A DNA stretch of 64,000 bases. It comes from Ptychomitrium polyphyllum. Taxonomy: Eukaryota. The notes under the pieces were generated by a model, which saw nothing but the letters and a program-made list of their open reading frames with translations, had not been told where the DNA came from and ran no database searches. The stretch lies in NCBI GenBank assembly GCA_973851085.1, contig OZ316775.1:22320001-22384000 (forward strand), written 5' to 3'. Position 1 is the first letter of the stretch. Every line of letters begins with the position of its first letter. Both the position numbers and the translations under genes were made by a program. Below are positions 12,084-24,800 of the stretch, piece by piece.

Positions 12084-12673
12084 TGTTAGGGACACAAGAA
12101 ACAAGAAGCAAAAACGAAGTGTTTTCCAAGAATTAGCTTCCAAAGAGCTAATGATTAACAAGAAGTTGATACAAAGACTAGAACAAGGCAGGATTCAAGA
12201 TGATCCACAACTTGTGTTGGCAAGACTAAGGAATACCTTGTCTTGCCTCTTATTTATACTATGACGTTTGTATCTCCTAGGATACTTCTAAAGAAGCTTC
12301 TTACAAGGCTTAAGAATGTTTTAGAAGTCTAGGGAACCTTCCCAAGAAGTTTCCTAAGATGTCGGAACCTTTGTAAGAGTCTTCCAAGGAATTGGAACCT
12401 TACTTGGAAGTTTCCTAAGGTAGCGGAACCTTTTTAGGAAGTTTACTAAATGGATAGAACCTTCCTAGGAAGTTTCCTATGACGATGGAGTTTTCCTAAG
12501 ATGATGGAACTTTCCTAGGAAGTTTTCAAAGGTAGAAGAACTTTCCTAGGAGGCTTCTTTGGAACATGAAAATACTATGGAGACATCTAGAAGTATTGTG
12601 AGAAGCTATTATAGTATACTAGAAGGTTCTAGAATGTTTAAAGGACCATATTGCATGATCTATGTCCGTGACA
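12084..12673 (-). repeat. 5' LTR (590 bp)
   Basis: TGTTAGG...CCGTGACA; homologous to 4821-5539 with substitutions and fewer U3 repeats; minus-strand TATAAATA at 12251-12258. Confidence 0.95.
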
Positions 12674-13116
12674 TACACTGCAATTTACAACCAAGACGCC
12701 ATTATTCACTATTATCAGCAGATCTTTCCAGGGTGAGAAGACGTTTATCGAATAATGGACTCTCCTGTCTCTCCCAGTATACTTGACTCGGATGATGAGT
12801 ATTTTGATAGTCTAAGTTTAGCCCCTGATAATTATTGCCTGAAACTGCCTAGACTTGTCTATCATCTACTACTTCTTGTCTCTTACTACTTGAAACTAAT
12901 CTCCATGCTCTCCCATCTTTTATTCTTCCTACTATTGATCTTTCTACTTCATCTACTCGCCGCCAATTTCTTCCTATTCGTTTCCTCAATGCTACCACAT
13001 CAACCTCCCTTCTCCATTCTACTCCACTTTTAACGTGCCATACACCTTGTCGCCTTCAATTTTAGAAGATGTCTGAGTAGATCAATTTTTGTATTTTTAA
13101 GAGTAAACTTAGTCTA

Positions 13117-13695
13117 AAAGGGGGATAATGTTAACGAGCTACCGGATATTATACCCAGTACTTTCAGACTTTCTCTACTAATCTCCTTCTATTGGTAGTA
13201 TTGGACATCTTGCAATGGTAACAATTGGATGAGAAGCAGTAATCTTTTAGTTCAGATAAATAGATGTAGATCCGCTTTTGTAAGATCTTGGATCGAATAC
13301 TTAAACCTTCAACTAAAAGAATTGAGGGTGTGTTGTATTTTGTTTTCTTCCAATGAAACAAGTTATACGCTCCATTCCTTCTTCTTATCAGTTTTGTCTT
13401 TGAATGTATGTTTATATGTAAGTTTGTCTACCCTAGCAAGTTCTATAGTAGTTAATAGATACTCTTTAATACTACTATGTCTTTTCCATTTGGTGATATG
13501 AATTATAAACTTATGTATGGTGATTTTCCTTTATTTATATGATCCACTAAGGAGTACCTAGTCTTAGGATACTCGGTAGTTACCAATTCCAATACTGGTG
13601 TATTTGACTCTCATTAGATAAGGATTTGTGTTACAAAACTATTCAGTTATTGCTCACTTTGTAGTTATTGATCTCAATTGTTATCTACCTTAACA
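13117..13695 (+). mobile_element. PPT plus putative 3' LTR of the older host Gypsy element
   Basis: AAAAGGGGGATAA (13117-13128) followed by TGTTAA at 13129; TTAACA ending at 13695 gives 6-bp inverted termini; no partner LTR in window. Confidence 0.6.
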
Positions 13696-14256
13696 ATTGT
13701 TAATGGTAAGTTCAACTTTCAAAAAAAGGACAATGCAATTAGAAAGCACTAAACTTGCTTGCAACCGTTGTGGCATAGGATGGGAGTTGTGCGTTGAATC
13801 CTAATTGTTGGGCAAAGGTGGCATAGGTGGCGTCACATGCCTGGGAGTGGTGGTAGGATCCACTAGGAAGTTCTAGAGATGGGCACGGCATCCATAGCTA
13901 GTATTCGGTGAGGGACAGGTGGGACACTCCTCAATGTCTGAGGTGGGTAAGGGTAAACAATAGTTAAAGTTACCCGCTGCTCAACTAGGGATAGGTCAAC
14001 CAGACTGACATTTCGGCACGTCACAGCGGTCGACGCGCCACTCTATCCCTCACTCCTTCACTACTGGGGATTTAACCTTCGCCCCTGTTGTGGTTCGCAA
14101 ACCGAAACACCCTTACTAAACGCAACCAGAAACCAGTTTGAATCGCACTTCAAGTTAGATGATCAGTAGCTTACTTGCAGATCACAGTTCTGTTGGAATG
14201 ATTTCGGTGAGTTCGCTGATCAGCTGCAGCAGCTTTGGATCAACGTGGTTTATGAG

Positions 14257-14281
14257 GTGTGTGAGTGTGTGAGTGTGTGAG
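14257..14281. repeat. (GTGTGTGA)3 short tandem repeat
   Basis: Directly visible; begins at a probable 5' UTR intron donor. Confidence 0.8.
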
Positions 14282-14993
14282 AAGATTTTTGGGGTTTTTT
14301 CTTTTGCTCTGATGTGGTTCGTATTAGGATGACGTTTTGGTCCTTTTGTTGCTGAAGCTTGTGTGTTTATACTGTGGACATTCGTCTAGGATGTTTAAAC
14401 TTGGAGGTCAATTCTGTGGCGCGATTGTTTCTTCCAACGCCTGGGTTCGTAGGCTGCTGGGTGGAAGGGTTTAGAGTACTGTGTACACATTGGGGTCAGT
14501 GGGAGCTACACTGATCGGCCACTTTTGCATTGATGCCACCGTAGACGTCTTCTTTTTCTAAGTCTGTTTTTGCAGTTGGAATTGATGAGTTCTAGGAAGG
14601 GGTGGGAGTTAGGGTTTGTTGCTAAACACATGTCTTTTATGTCTGAGAGTCTCTTCTGGACTCTGTTTCTGCACTACTTGGTCAGTGGTTTGTCACGATG
14701 ACATTTTTTCTGGTGTGAAATGGTGTTTTCAGTTTCCTTTGGTTTGGTTGGAATGTGGTTACTAGCTTCAAGTTTCCGCGTCGGCACTCTAGAACCCAAT
14801 TCAGACATTTAACTGGAGGCTTTACAACATACGTAAGTGTATTCATAGAGTGGTGGTGTGATTTGGTTTGCAGCAAGAGTGTGCCGCCTTCAGAATCTTT
14901 GAGATGATTTCTCAGATGGGTGACCATTTGTTGAAGACGTGAGGGAGATTTTGTTGTGTACATATGTTTTCTCCTCCACAGATTTCAATAGTC

Positions 14994-16330
14994 ATGGAAG
15001 AGCGTTACTTATCAAATTTATTTTCTAGCGCGGGTTACTGATTTGGTGCATTGGTACGTACCAATCCGGACTCTAGTCCAATTCAGGCTGGTAAATAAAG
15101 AATGGAGGACGCGGTGTGATGAAAATCTTGCGCATCTTGGGACTGTGCGAAGGAAGGATGAATCAGAAGCTTGGTACTTTCCAATTGCAGTCAATCTCGG
15201 TGACCATCTCAATTTGAATCCAAGATCATAGTGTGGTCTACATCAGTGGAAGAAGGAGCATTACTCACTACCTGATCTGAATTTTTCGTCTCTTTTGACA
15301 TTGAAGCGTGATCGAGTTCAACCTGTTCTACCTGTTCTACCCGGATTGAAGCTGGAGGCTATCTCTAATGGGCACCTTCTGTTGAGCAGAGTTGAGTTGC
15401 ACAACATTGAGCTGATTGTGTGCAACCCTTTGAGCAAGAAATTTAGGATTCTGCCGAGACATAGCGAATGCTGTGACAATACGATGGTAAAAGAATATCT
15501 GAATTGTACAGTTCAAATCCATTTGGTGGTGGATGATAAGTCCAACAAGTACGATGTTATTAGAGTTTCTAAGAAACGTGTCAACGTTTACAGCTCTTCC
15601 TCCAATTATTGGGTATGCTCACCTTATGCTCATCCTATGCTTCATAATGCTCGTGCATACTATACCACCTGTTTCAATGGCTGTTCTACACTACGGAAGA
15701 ACAGCCCTATTACTAGATTTATATGGTGAGGGTGTATGTCATGTAGTCTGGAAAATGGCTGGAAAACCCTATTACCGTCACCTTTGACTTCACCTTGGGA
15801 GTTTAAGATCGCTCACTCAGTGATTTTTCGATCAATGAGAGTCGGCGACTTCAGCTGGAATACCTCGTGGCAAGTTCTCGTAGAATGTATGGGCGATTTA
15901 TATGAGGTTGGTGCAACCATATACCCATCACATGAACTGAGAGGAAATGACCCTTTTTCAATGACAATGCTATTTTACGTTTTCAAGCTTATGCAGGAAG
16001 GCTCATAGAATCACCTGATCATGTGGTGTTACATGCGGAGATGCAGATTTCCAAATTGTGCCTTTCTGATTGGTGGGAATCCTTGAGACCTGTTCTTTTC
16101 CCCTGGTGATATGATTTAAATTACTTGCAATGGTTGAGTCCAATGTAATGAATCACTGGCCATTTTCTTGTGGCACATTAAACCTACAATCACAGGAGGA
16201 CGTACGTTGATGCAAGAGTACCTGATCGACGAACCGATCATCATCCCAGTTGATAAAAACTCAGCATTGCCATCCGGTTGAAACAGACTATATGTCGAGA
16301 CAGCCGCAGGTAGACGATGCAAATACCGGT
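14994..16330 (+). pseudogene. F-box protein pseudogene
   Basis: F-box-like VPIRTLVQFRLVNKEW; AISNGHLLL...LIVCNPLSKKFRILP typical of plant F-box-associated domains; ORFs 15043, 15295 and 15736 share one frame broken by TAG 15229, TGA 15727 and TAG 16006; ATG 14994 is out of frame; 3' end approximate. Confidence 0.75.
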
Positions 16331-17229
16331 ACTCAAGTAATCACACTGCAATCGCCGTTTCATTGTGAACCCAAGATATGGAATTCATAGAAAACACACA
16401 GTACTATGGGCGAAGAACGCATTTCAGTCGTGAAGGTTTCAACTGTGCTCAGACAAGTCAAACCATGCGAAGGCCAGGTGATGAAATGGCAAAGCCAGGA
16501 GGCACTCGATTCTCAAATTTGAATTTGCGTTTAATGCCACTGCATGCACTGAGTGTCACTCCTGCCGTTCCAGATTAGCCGTTTCAAATAAAAGCTTCCC
16601 TATATAGCTATGTCCTGCTCCTAGGCTCGTCAATCCCAGACTTTTATTATAATGCCTAGTCTACTGCACTAAGAACCTATTCTGGGACGACATCGGCATT
16701 ATTACTTGTAAACCTAGAACCAATTAGCCCCCATCTGTTTGAATTATTCGCCTGTAGTTGCTCTCGCAAGCAGGCTGCAAGGTGGTGCTTTGATCCTGTA
16801 CACAACTTTGCTGAGCTCTGATGTGAGCTGTAGAAGCTCTCACTTGAAGCTCAGATCGGAGTGGGGCCGGCCAGAGAGCGACAATTCTTGGCGGCTGTGA
16901 TTTCGGTACTTCGTGGTCTGATCTTAGAGCACTCTGATTCTGGGTTGAGGCGGTTGCGTTATCGATCACTATTTTGTCTATGTGAGTATATGGGTGGATT
17001 GTTTTCCAGCTTGACATAAATTTCCCATGGTGTCATTTTTTTTCAGTGGCAATGGGTGGTAGCGTTGCGCTCTTTACTGGCAGTCATTTCAGGGGGGACT
17101 CTTTTTGAGATGTGTAGAACTCTGTCTCTTGGGGAGCCTCAAACTTTGCTGGATTGAAAGGAGGATTCTTTTGTTCGCATATGAGGTAGAGTTCGTTCCA
17201 GAGAAAATTTCAAGAAACAGAGAGGTGCT

Positions 17230-18045
17230 ATGGCTTCCATAAAATTTCGTTTCCTTCTGCTTGTGATCCTGGCTCATGTAGACCGGCTCGGTGCGCAAGG
17301 GCCGACTGCAGCTCCCCCCAATGCAGATTCGATAGTACCAAGTGGCTCCTCGGGTTACTACATCGTGCCCGTCAATTGCACGCTCCACAACTCGTCCATG
17401 ATATCTCCCACATTTTGCACTTACTACGAGAAGCAGAACATGGCCAGCAAGACAGGCAACTGCCAGCCGTTTTTGACCAACTTGGATGCAATGCCAAATG
17501 CGGGCTGCTGCGAGGGCATGAACGAAGTGGCTTACTATCGGACCGCTTGCATTTGTGATGCCACTTTCTATCCACCTGTGACCGCCAACTTCACCCGAAG
17601 TCTGCAGCTGCCGAGCTTGTGCGGTATCAGAACCGATCTGTGTTCGCAGTGCCCTTCGTTTCTTATCGCTCGCACGGCGGATTATCCTGTTGGTGAGTTT
17701 GCCCTAATCTATGCTTCTGCTTCTTTGTGAAAATCCTCAAGTATATTCGCTTTGATTCTGGCTGAGCACCATGAGCAGTTGCTTTGAATCTTAGGTGCAG
17801 TATTTTCGAATTTCTCCACAACTTTTAGCGGTTATCCCATGATGTGGTGGATTCTGTGTTGTGAAGGTGGAGTGGAGAAGAGATCAACAGCTACTAGAGT
17901 GGCTGCAATTATTCTTGGAGTAATCCTGTCAGTAGCGCTGGTGGCTGCAGCCATAGCTATTACCATCACCGAATTGAAGAAACGGAGAGAGGAGAAGGCT
18001 GCAGAAGGGGTGTATGAGGCAACTCCACCTGGAGGTGCCTTTTAA
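17230..18045 (+). CDS. nsLTP/prolamin-like 8-cysteine-motif protein with C-terminal transmembrane helix (~213 aa)
   Basis: Exons 17230-17692 and 17867-18045 (GT-AG, phase 1); signal peptide; C..C..CC..CxC..C..C; hydrophobic VAAIILGVILSVALVAAAIAITIT followed by KKRR. Confidence 0.85.
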
Positions 18046-21000
18046 GCACCAATTCTATCTCTTCTCTGGTGAAAGATCCATAGTTGTAGCAGTGTGGAGG
18101 CGTCACGGAATCAATCACGTGATGCTTTTAATTTTTTGACGAATTCATGGATTACGGGCAACAAGCTATTGCCCTGAGTTTTGAGTTTTGGACTGAATTA
18201 GAGCCCTGGACGAGTTGCATGGAATTGGACTTCCAAGAGCTGGCACTGAGGTTCCGTTGTCGTGCAGCAGAGGCTATCTTGTTATCATATCTAATGAAAG
18301 CCAAGGAGATGGGATAATTGTACCCGACAAATAATTATTACACTATGTAAAAGTATATAACTCCTGTATTGCGGTTGTCTAGAATGTGCTGCATGGTACT
18401 TGTTTCTTCTGGCAAACAGTGAGTCTGCTACTCCTGCCACAAATGTGCGTTTGAGGTCTGAAATTGCCAGGATCACGTGCACTTCTAGTGCTTCAAAGCT
18501 CAGGGTTGTCAGATCTTATCGTTGTCACATGTGAGCACTAATTTCTTCCCAGCTCTGCGTAGAGTTTACTGTATCACACCAAATTATTGCGGTGTCTGTC
18601 CTTGTTTAAGATGTATTATACTGTCTTTAACTCATCTTGTGTTGTTTAGGAGGATATGGTGGCACTTTGTGAAACGTGTTTGTATAGAAACGTCCAAGAA
18701 ATTCTTGAATCAGAATGTTTGTAATCTAGTGCTCGCGCAGAAGGACCTACAGTTTTACAATGGCAGCGCTGTCGTTGTAATGTATCCTCTATCACATGAA
18801 TTTTGATTTGACCTCTATCCGGAAATTATTCCTGCTACGGCATAAGCATAAATCCTTTCGTGACCAAACTGTCACATGATCAAAATGAAGCTGTTTTTAG
18901 ATTTTTTCACAAGAAATATTTACAAAATTCCCATTTCATATTTGAACAAAAACTTTGAAAACCAAGTTAAGCAATCTAATACTGTTTTTTTAAGCAAGCT
19001 CTCGCTCTTATTTTTTGTCCCACCTCTACGTTGAAAAATCATAGTAAAGAGCTGCATTTACTATGAATATTCAAAAGTAAAGCAATCTAATGGTATTCTT
19101 TAATAACAAGGAGAGTATGTTAACAAAAGGTCACTTGTTTCCCCTACGACCGGATGTACGCTGTTGTAGCGTTTTTGAAACCCAAGTTACTCAACTCAAT
19201 AAGTCTACGGTTTTTGCAGCTTTTTTGGAATTGCGTTATTCCTATCGTACCGAAGCCTATTCAATTTCTTGGTGCCTAGAATCTGTTCACATGTGAGACC
19301 GGACAGATAGTTGTATGAGGAAGCGAAGTCTTCAGAAATGACATTATACATGCCTGGAGCTACCTTGAGATATCCGGATTATCCAGTTTTTGGGTCATTG
19401 GCCATGTCTTGATGAAGATCGGTGCTTCTTGACATAGCGGTTTCACAGAGTTGTACAAGAAGATCTGAAGACCAGGAAGCAGCAACTAACCTTACATGGC
19501 AGATACGAAAAATGTTGAACGAGATGCAAGTTGCAAGAGCGGACTACCATTGACATGAAAAGCTGACTTAGGACCACGGTTACAGGGAACGATACTTTTG
19601 GTTTCGAGTTGCTCCACTTTGTTTTCTGTGTAAACTTAAAAGTGACTTTCCTTGAACGGCGGCCGTTTCCACATCATTTTGAGCTTTCTCTCGCTTGCAG
19701 CGTTGAATTGCTGCCCTCCTGATAAGCTCCATCTATTAGATTCTAAGCGGTTATGAACTGAAGAAGTTTTCTTCTCCAAATAACGTATTCGCACTTGAAA
19801 AAGTTCCTCTGGGAAGTAGCTGAAGTCGTGTTCGGGATTGCGATCTGAAGGTTTTTGATTGCTGGAGGAAGAATGGGGTCGTTTAATTGGCATTGGACTG
19901 ATTTAGCAAGAGGTGGTCCAAAAATGAAGCACAACAGGATGGAAACTTTGTAATTGGAGCGGGTGCTTGTGAGACTTAGAATTTGAATGGAAGACAGGTA
20001 TCAGGGTTTAAGTCACAAATATGTTACACTCCAAAGTTCCTAGTAGAATGATGGTTGTGGGTGTTTGCTCAGAATAACATGGCCTAATCAAGTGCAATAT
20101 TAAGTTATATGATCCTACACTTAAGTGCCTATCTGTAACTTTGAAGTAAGTTATCATTAGCTGAGAGAAGGGTGGTTATGCCCAATCATGGAATGAGTAT
20201 GTATCCCATCCAAGTTATTACGGATCCGGACTTGAGTGCAAGTTTGTTGACAATCAAAGGCCTCTACTGATAGACGCAGTTAAACAGCCTCAGATCCAAC
20301 TCCTCCCCACAAGTTCAATCCCCTCATGATCACAGCATATCCTTGCAAACTTTCTCATGGATGGACGCAGGCGCCGTTCGGATGAGCTCTGCATCCATAA
20401 ACATCTGCATCCATTGCATAAACATTAACAGAAGCTTCTCATTGATAAATGATAGTGAGGGCATGTGTTAGGGAAGGAATGAAGACAAGAGTCTAGTTTG
20501 ATGACTCATGACTTGGCACACAACCTCGTCATCATTGGAATTATAATGTTTAGTGATAGAGATATCCTTTTCAAAGGGTCTTCAGAGAGGTCATTGAAGG
20601 ATGTAACATGTACATTGACACAAACCTCTCAGCAGCTGACAGATTACTCCTCAGATCACTCCACTAATCACCAAAACTCACGTTGCAATCAATCGTAAGA
20701 AAAACTAAATGCAAAACAAACAGAAAAGAGGAAAATAAAAAGAAAAAGAAAAAGGAAAAGGAAAAAACCATGTTCCAACTTCGAAGTGCGGATTCGTTCC
20801 CTGTAACTCATTAGTTCCATCAACACGGTGGGCTGTAAGACCAAATCCCATCAACGCAGCAAATAATTCCGTGCTCACAATCAGAGGGGTCCACTCCGTC
20901 ACGAGGCGACGCTGCGTTCGTGCGGGTACTTTGTCACGTCCTATGAGTCGTCGGAACTTTGCGACGTCGCTACGGCAAACACACTAAAACTGGACGGAGT

Positions 21001-21824
21001 CAGACTGTCAGTCCCCAGAAGAACGGAAACAGCTACAAAGCTCATCCAAACGGCTCCTGAGTCCATCTACGAAATTTTCGTTGCCAGTGCTCGTCTCCGC
21101 TGTAGGTCAGATGAGGTCAGGTCGCCAAAACTTGCGTTGCATCGTCGCGAACCCAGCCTTGCTGGAGAGGCACTACCACTGGCAGTCACGCACTCGGCCT
21201 AGTCTCCAGGTCATCCGTGGGCCTGGAAGCCGCGGTCAACCCGGACCGAGAAACTTCTCTTCTGCGAGAACGAAAATTAAACCAACGCGTACACCCATCT
21301 GTATGTCAAGTTGGTGCAAAATCCAACCTTACGTAGATCATCTCGCTTCTCATTTCACCTGCACTTTTGTAGCACCAAAGGTCCGCTTTTTGGATTCTTT
21401 TCTGGTGATTCTTGTGGATTCGGTGAGCGTTGCAAGGTGAATAGATTCATTCGGTTGTTTTACATTGTTTGAGTTGAGTTTCAGGTTTGGTGCACCATCT
21501 TTGCACTCTTTTGTTAGGGTATGGCATTTACTGTGTTTTGATGTTTGGTGTGAGTGAGTTGAGTCTTTCAAAACGGTTTTTTTGAGTTTGGCTTTTGAGT
21601 ATTCTGGTTATGTTGTTGTAGGAGAGGGAGTCTTGGGGCGACGGTCTAGGGCAGAGCGGTGAAGGTGAAGGTGGTGGTTTTGGTGGTAATGGTGGTGGTG
21701 GAGATGGAAGAAATTCGTGTTTGAGTGGGAGTCGTGTCCTGAAGAGGGTAGTGTTTGTTGGTTTTTTCTTGCCACTCAGACGCTCCGCAACACATCAAGT
21801 GTTGAATAAAAGAGGAGGACCATA

Positions 21825-24800
21825 ATGCCAGCTTCAGCATCATGGGCGAGTCGGCCCGAGGATCTTGTGGAGAGCTTGAGCTCTTTGGACAACACGGCCA
21901 GGCTGAAGGCCATCAGAGATGTGAAGAATCAGATAATCGGAAACAAGACCAAAAAGCTCTCGTACATAAAGCTGGGGGCTGTGCCTCGCGTTGTGGAGAT
22001 TTTAGCCAGTGATACAGAGGTCCCCTTGTTAGTGCAGTCAGCTGCCGCTGTGGGAAGCTTCGCATGTGGGACTGATGCGGGTGTGAGAGCTGTCCTTGAC
22101 AGCGGCGTTTTGCCCCACCTTCTGAAAATGCTGCAAAATGGAGACGCACAGGTACTGTTATCAGCGCTGTAAACTTTAGTTGTCATTTAATTCTGTCAGT
22201 TTCGTGCAACCTAATCATTTTAAACATGGTACCTTCTTGTGCAAGGAGTTGTCGGCATTATTTTGGACTTATTTAGAGGATTTCGTCTCCAAGCAGTGCA
22301 TGGTGGTGCCCCTGATGATGTGGTACAGAATGTTCAATGAACGTATTTTAGGGTTTTTGTGTATATCTACAGGATGCGCCTTAGTGAGGACGTTGTTTGG
22401 CAAGTTGGGAAGACAGGGTAGTTAAGAACTGTTCTAGTGGTATTTGTAAGTACGGTCGTACTTTTAGGGTTTATGAAATCGTGTTAAGGTTTAAGGTGTT
22501 TTGTTGGAGTGGTAGGAAAATACAGTTAGGAACATGTTCAGTTATGCAATACAGTAACGATTTGGTTTTTATCCAGGTTGTGGAGGCTTGTGCACGTTCG
22601 CTGAAGATGATTTTTCACTCACCTTTGGCTCCAAAGAGTGATATGTTTCAAGGACATCGAATGGAACTGCTACTAGAACTTCTCAATCATGAGAACGAGA
22701 GTGTATCAGAAGTTGCAGCTCGCGTTCTAGCTAGGTGTTGTGAAACGAAGGAGCATCAGCTTGCTCTTGCGAATGCTGGGGGCCTTCAGAGCCTTGTCAG
22801 CCTCTTAGCAGGGGCTATTAAAATACGAGAAGCATCTCTCGATGCCTTGGCAGCTTTGACTAAAAATAACAAGCAGCTTTCTGAAATGTTCATCAAGCTG
22901 GATAATGGAGAGGCTTTGGCTTCGGTAATTACACTTATCAAGGATAAGTCTCCTCTAACACGGCTGCTAGCGTGCATGTGTCTCGCTAATATGGGAAAAG
23001 CTTGTCCTGGTGGATACTCTCAAGAGTCTGAAGTTCGAGCCAACATGTTGAGCATTCTGATGAGGTTGCTGGATGAGCCTGGTCAAGTTGGACAGGGTGC
23101 TCCAGGTATATAACATTATGACAATATCCTGAAAAATAGATTGCTGCCCTGTCGGATAACAACTTTAGGCATCGCTTGTTTCTTTGTTTGGCTAGGGTTC
23201 ATGTCCTTTCTTCAGCTGCCCAGCTACAGAGTTCATTTGAAGCCGTGTCACGTAGTTCTTTTGTTGGAATTTATTGAGTTTAATATTTGTATTGCTTTAA
23301 CGTTGAGCACTTGCACTTGCATCAGGTGTGTTAGCTGATCTGGTCGCAAATAACGAAGAGTTGCAGAAAGCCGCGGCTGAACAAAATGCAGTTGAAAAAT
23401 TGGCTGATTTTCTACTTCGAGAGGAAGTTCCTTCCAAACAGCTGGAAGGAGTGCTTCTGGGTCTTAGTGAACTTTGTTCTAAACTTGAGGACAGCAGACG
23501 GCAGCTTCTTGATTTGCAGGTTTGCATTTTATTGTACCCCTTTACTATTTGAAAAATTAGCAGAAGTGTCGGGCTTTAGGTTAGGCATGGATTTTTACAA
23601 TTTTTCAGATTTTGTAAACTAGCCTCTGTTGTGATCATTCTGGTCCTTTTTCTCGATTGCACCCTTAATGACGTGGGCCTATTGTTTACCTCTAGCTCAC
23701 TCTGTTTCCTCGTGCTTGGTATCCATAGTCGACTTACTTGCAAGTTACATAGATTATTTTTGTGGGTACCAATAGTAGATGATCGTAACCAGGGGTTTAG
23801 GACTAATTAAGGTGGGACTGGGTGGTGGTAGGACGGGAAAAGTTTTAATACCTCCTTGGCTTTGGCCGCACCATTGCTGCTCCGCCCATTGGTTAGTCAC
23901 CTTCCTGGGTTCTTCCATAGCTTTACCGTATCCAGTTCAATCTATACTAGTTTACTCATTTGAACTGCTGGGTTCTTCTAGTGCCCTCCAACCTTGCCTA
24001 TACTGGGCAACCTAGGAGGATTTACCTTGTCCTAAACCACAAACTTATTGTTTCATGGGTATCGTGAATGAATTGAAATATGGCTAACGTTGTTAAACAG
24101 CTTTCTTGGCAGGTAAATCTGATAGAATGGATTATGCCCTAATTTTCAATGATGATGGTTGCTTGTAGGTTCAAGGGTCCCTTGTTGCAGCTTTGCGTCA
24201 TCCTTGTGAAGGGGTTAAGGTAGCCGCATGTGCTTGTGTTAGGAGTCTCTCTCGTTCAGTTAAGGTTGGTGGTCCTTCACCTTTTGCGGGAGAAAGTTAA
24301 TGTATGCTGCATGCAAGTTCTAGGGGAAGTTGATACTAAATTTGGCAGGAGGTGATTTAAAACTAAGTAGAATGAACCAAGTGCGTTTCCCTTGTTCTTG
24401 AAATTTAGAGCTTCATCATTTTCTACCCGTGGTAATCAGCACCAGATCTACAACAAGTTCTAGCATATGCTAAACTCAGAGGCATGAATCTTTTTGTGTG
24501 AGGATGAATTATTGACTGACGAAAGTGCAGGCAAAACTAAGGAATATTGGTGGCTGTGTTTGCAACAGAACTTGCGCACTAGCTTGACAAGTGACCTGTT
24601 TGTACGACCTCTGCTGCAATTAATGAATGACCCTTCTCCAGCCGTTCAGGTAGCATTATGTTTATGCAAGTCTGTTTTGTGTTTATTCTTAAGAATAGTG
24701 GATGGAAGTTCAGGTGCTATGGCAATAATTATAATCCGCGACTTTTGTAACATTACATAGGCAGGAAATTTTTTAATCCTAGTTCTGAATCAGCAATTTT

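Larger units (their letters stand above)
4821..12673 (-). mobile_element. Full-length decayed Ty3/Gypsy chromovirus LTR retrotransposon (Tcn1-type, moss RLG1-like)
   Basis: Two TG...CA LTRs, PPT, gag with CCHC, PR, RT, RNase H, IN, GPF and chromodomain in Gypsy order; many stops and frameshifts. Confidence 0.95.

Noticed and set aside
15229..16008. Stop-codon readthrough or RNA editing rescuing the F-box frame
   Set aside because: Mixed TAG/TGA stops plus an N-terminal frameshift in a nuclear gene; decay is simpler
19300..20420. Possible minus-strand gene remnant (ORF 19636-19893)
   Set aside because: No recognisable motif or consistent exon chain
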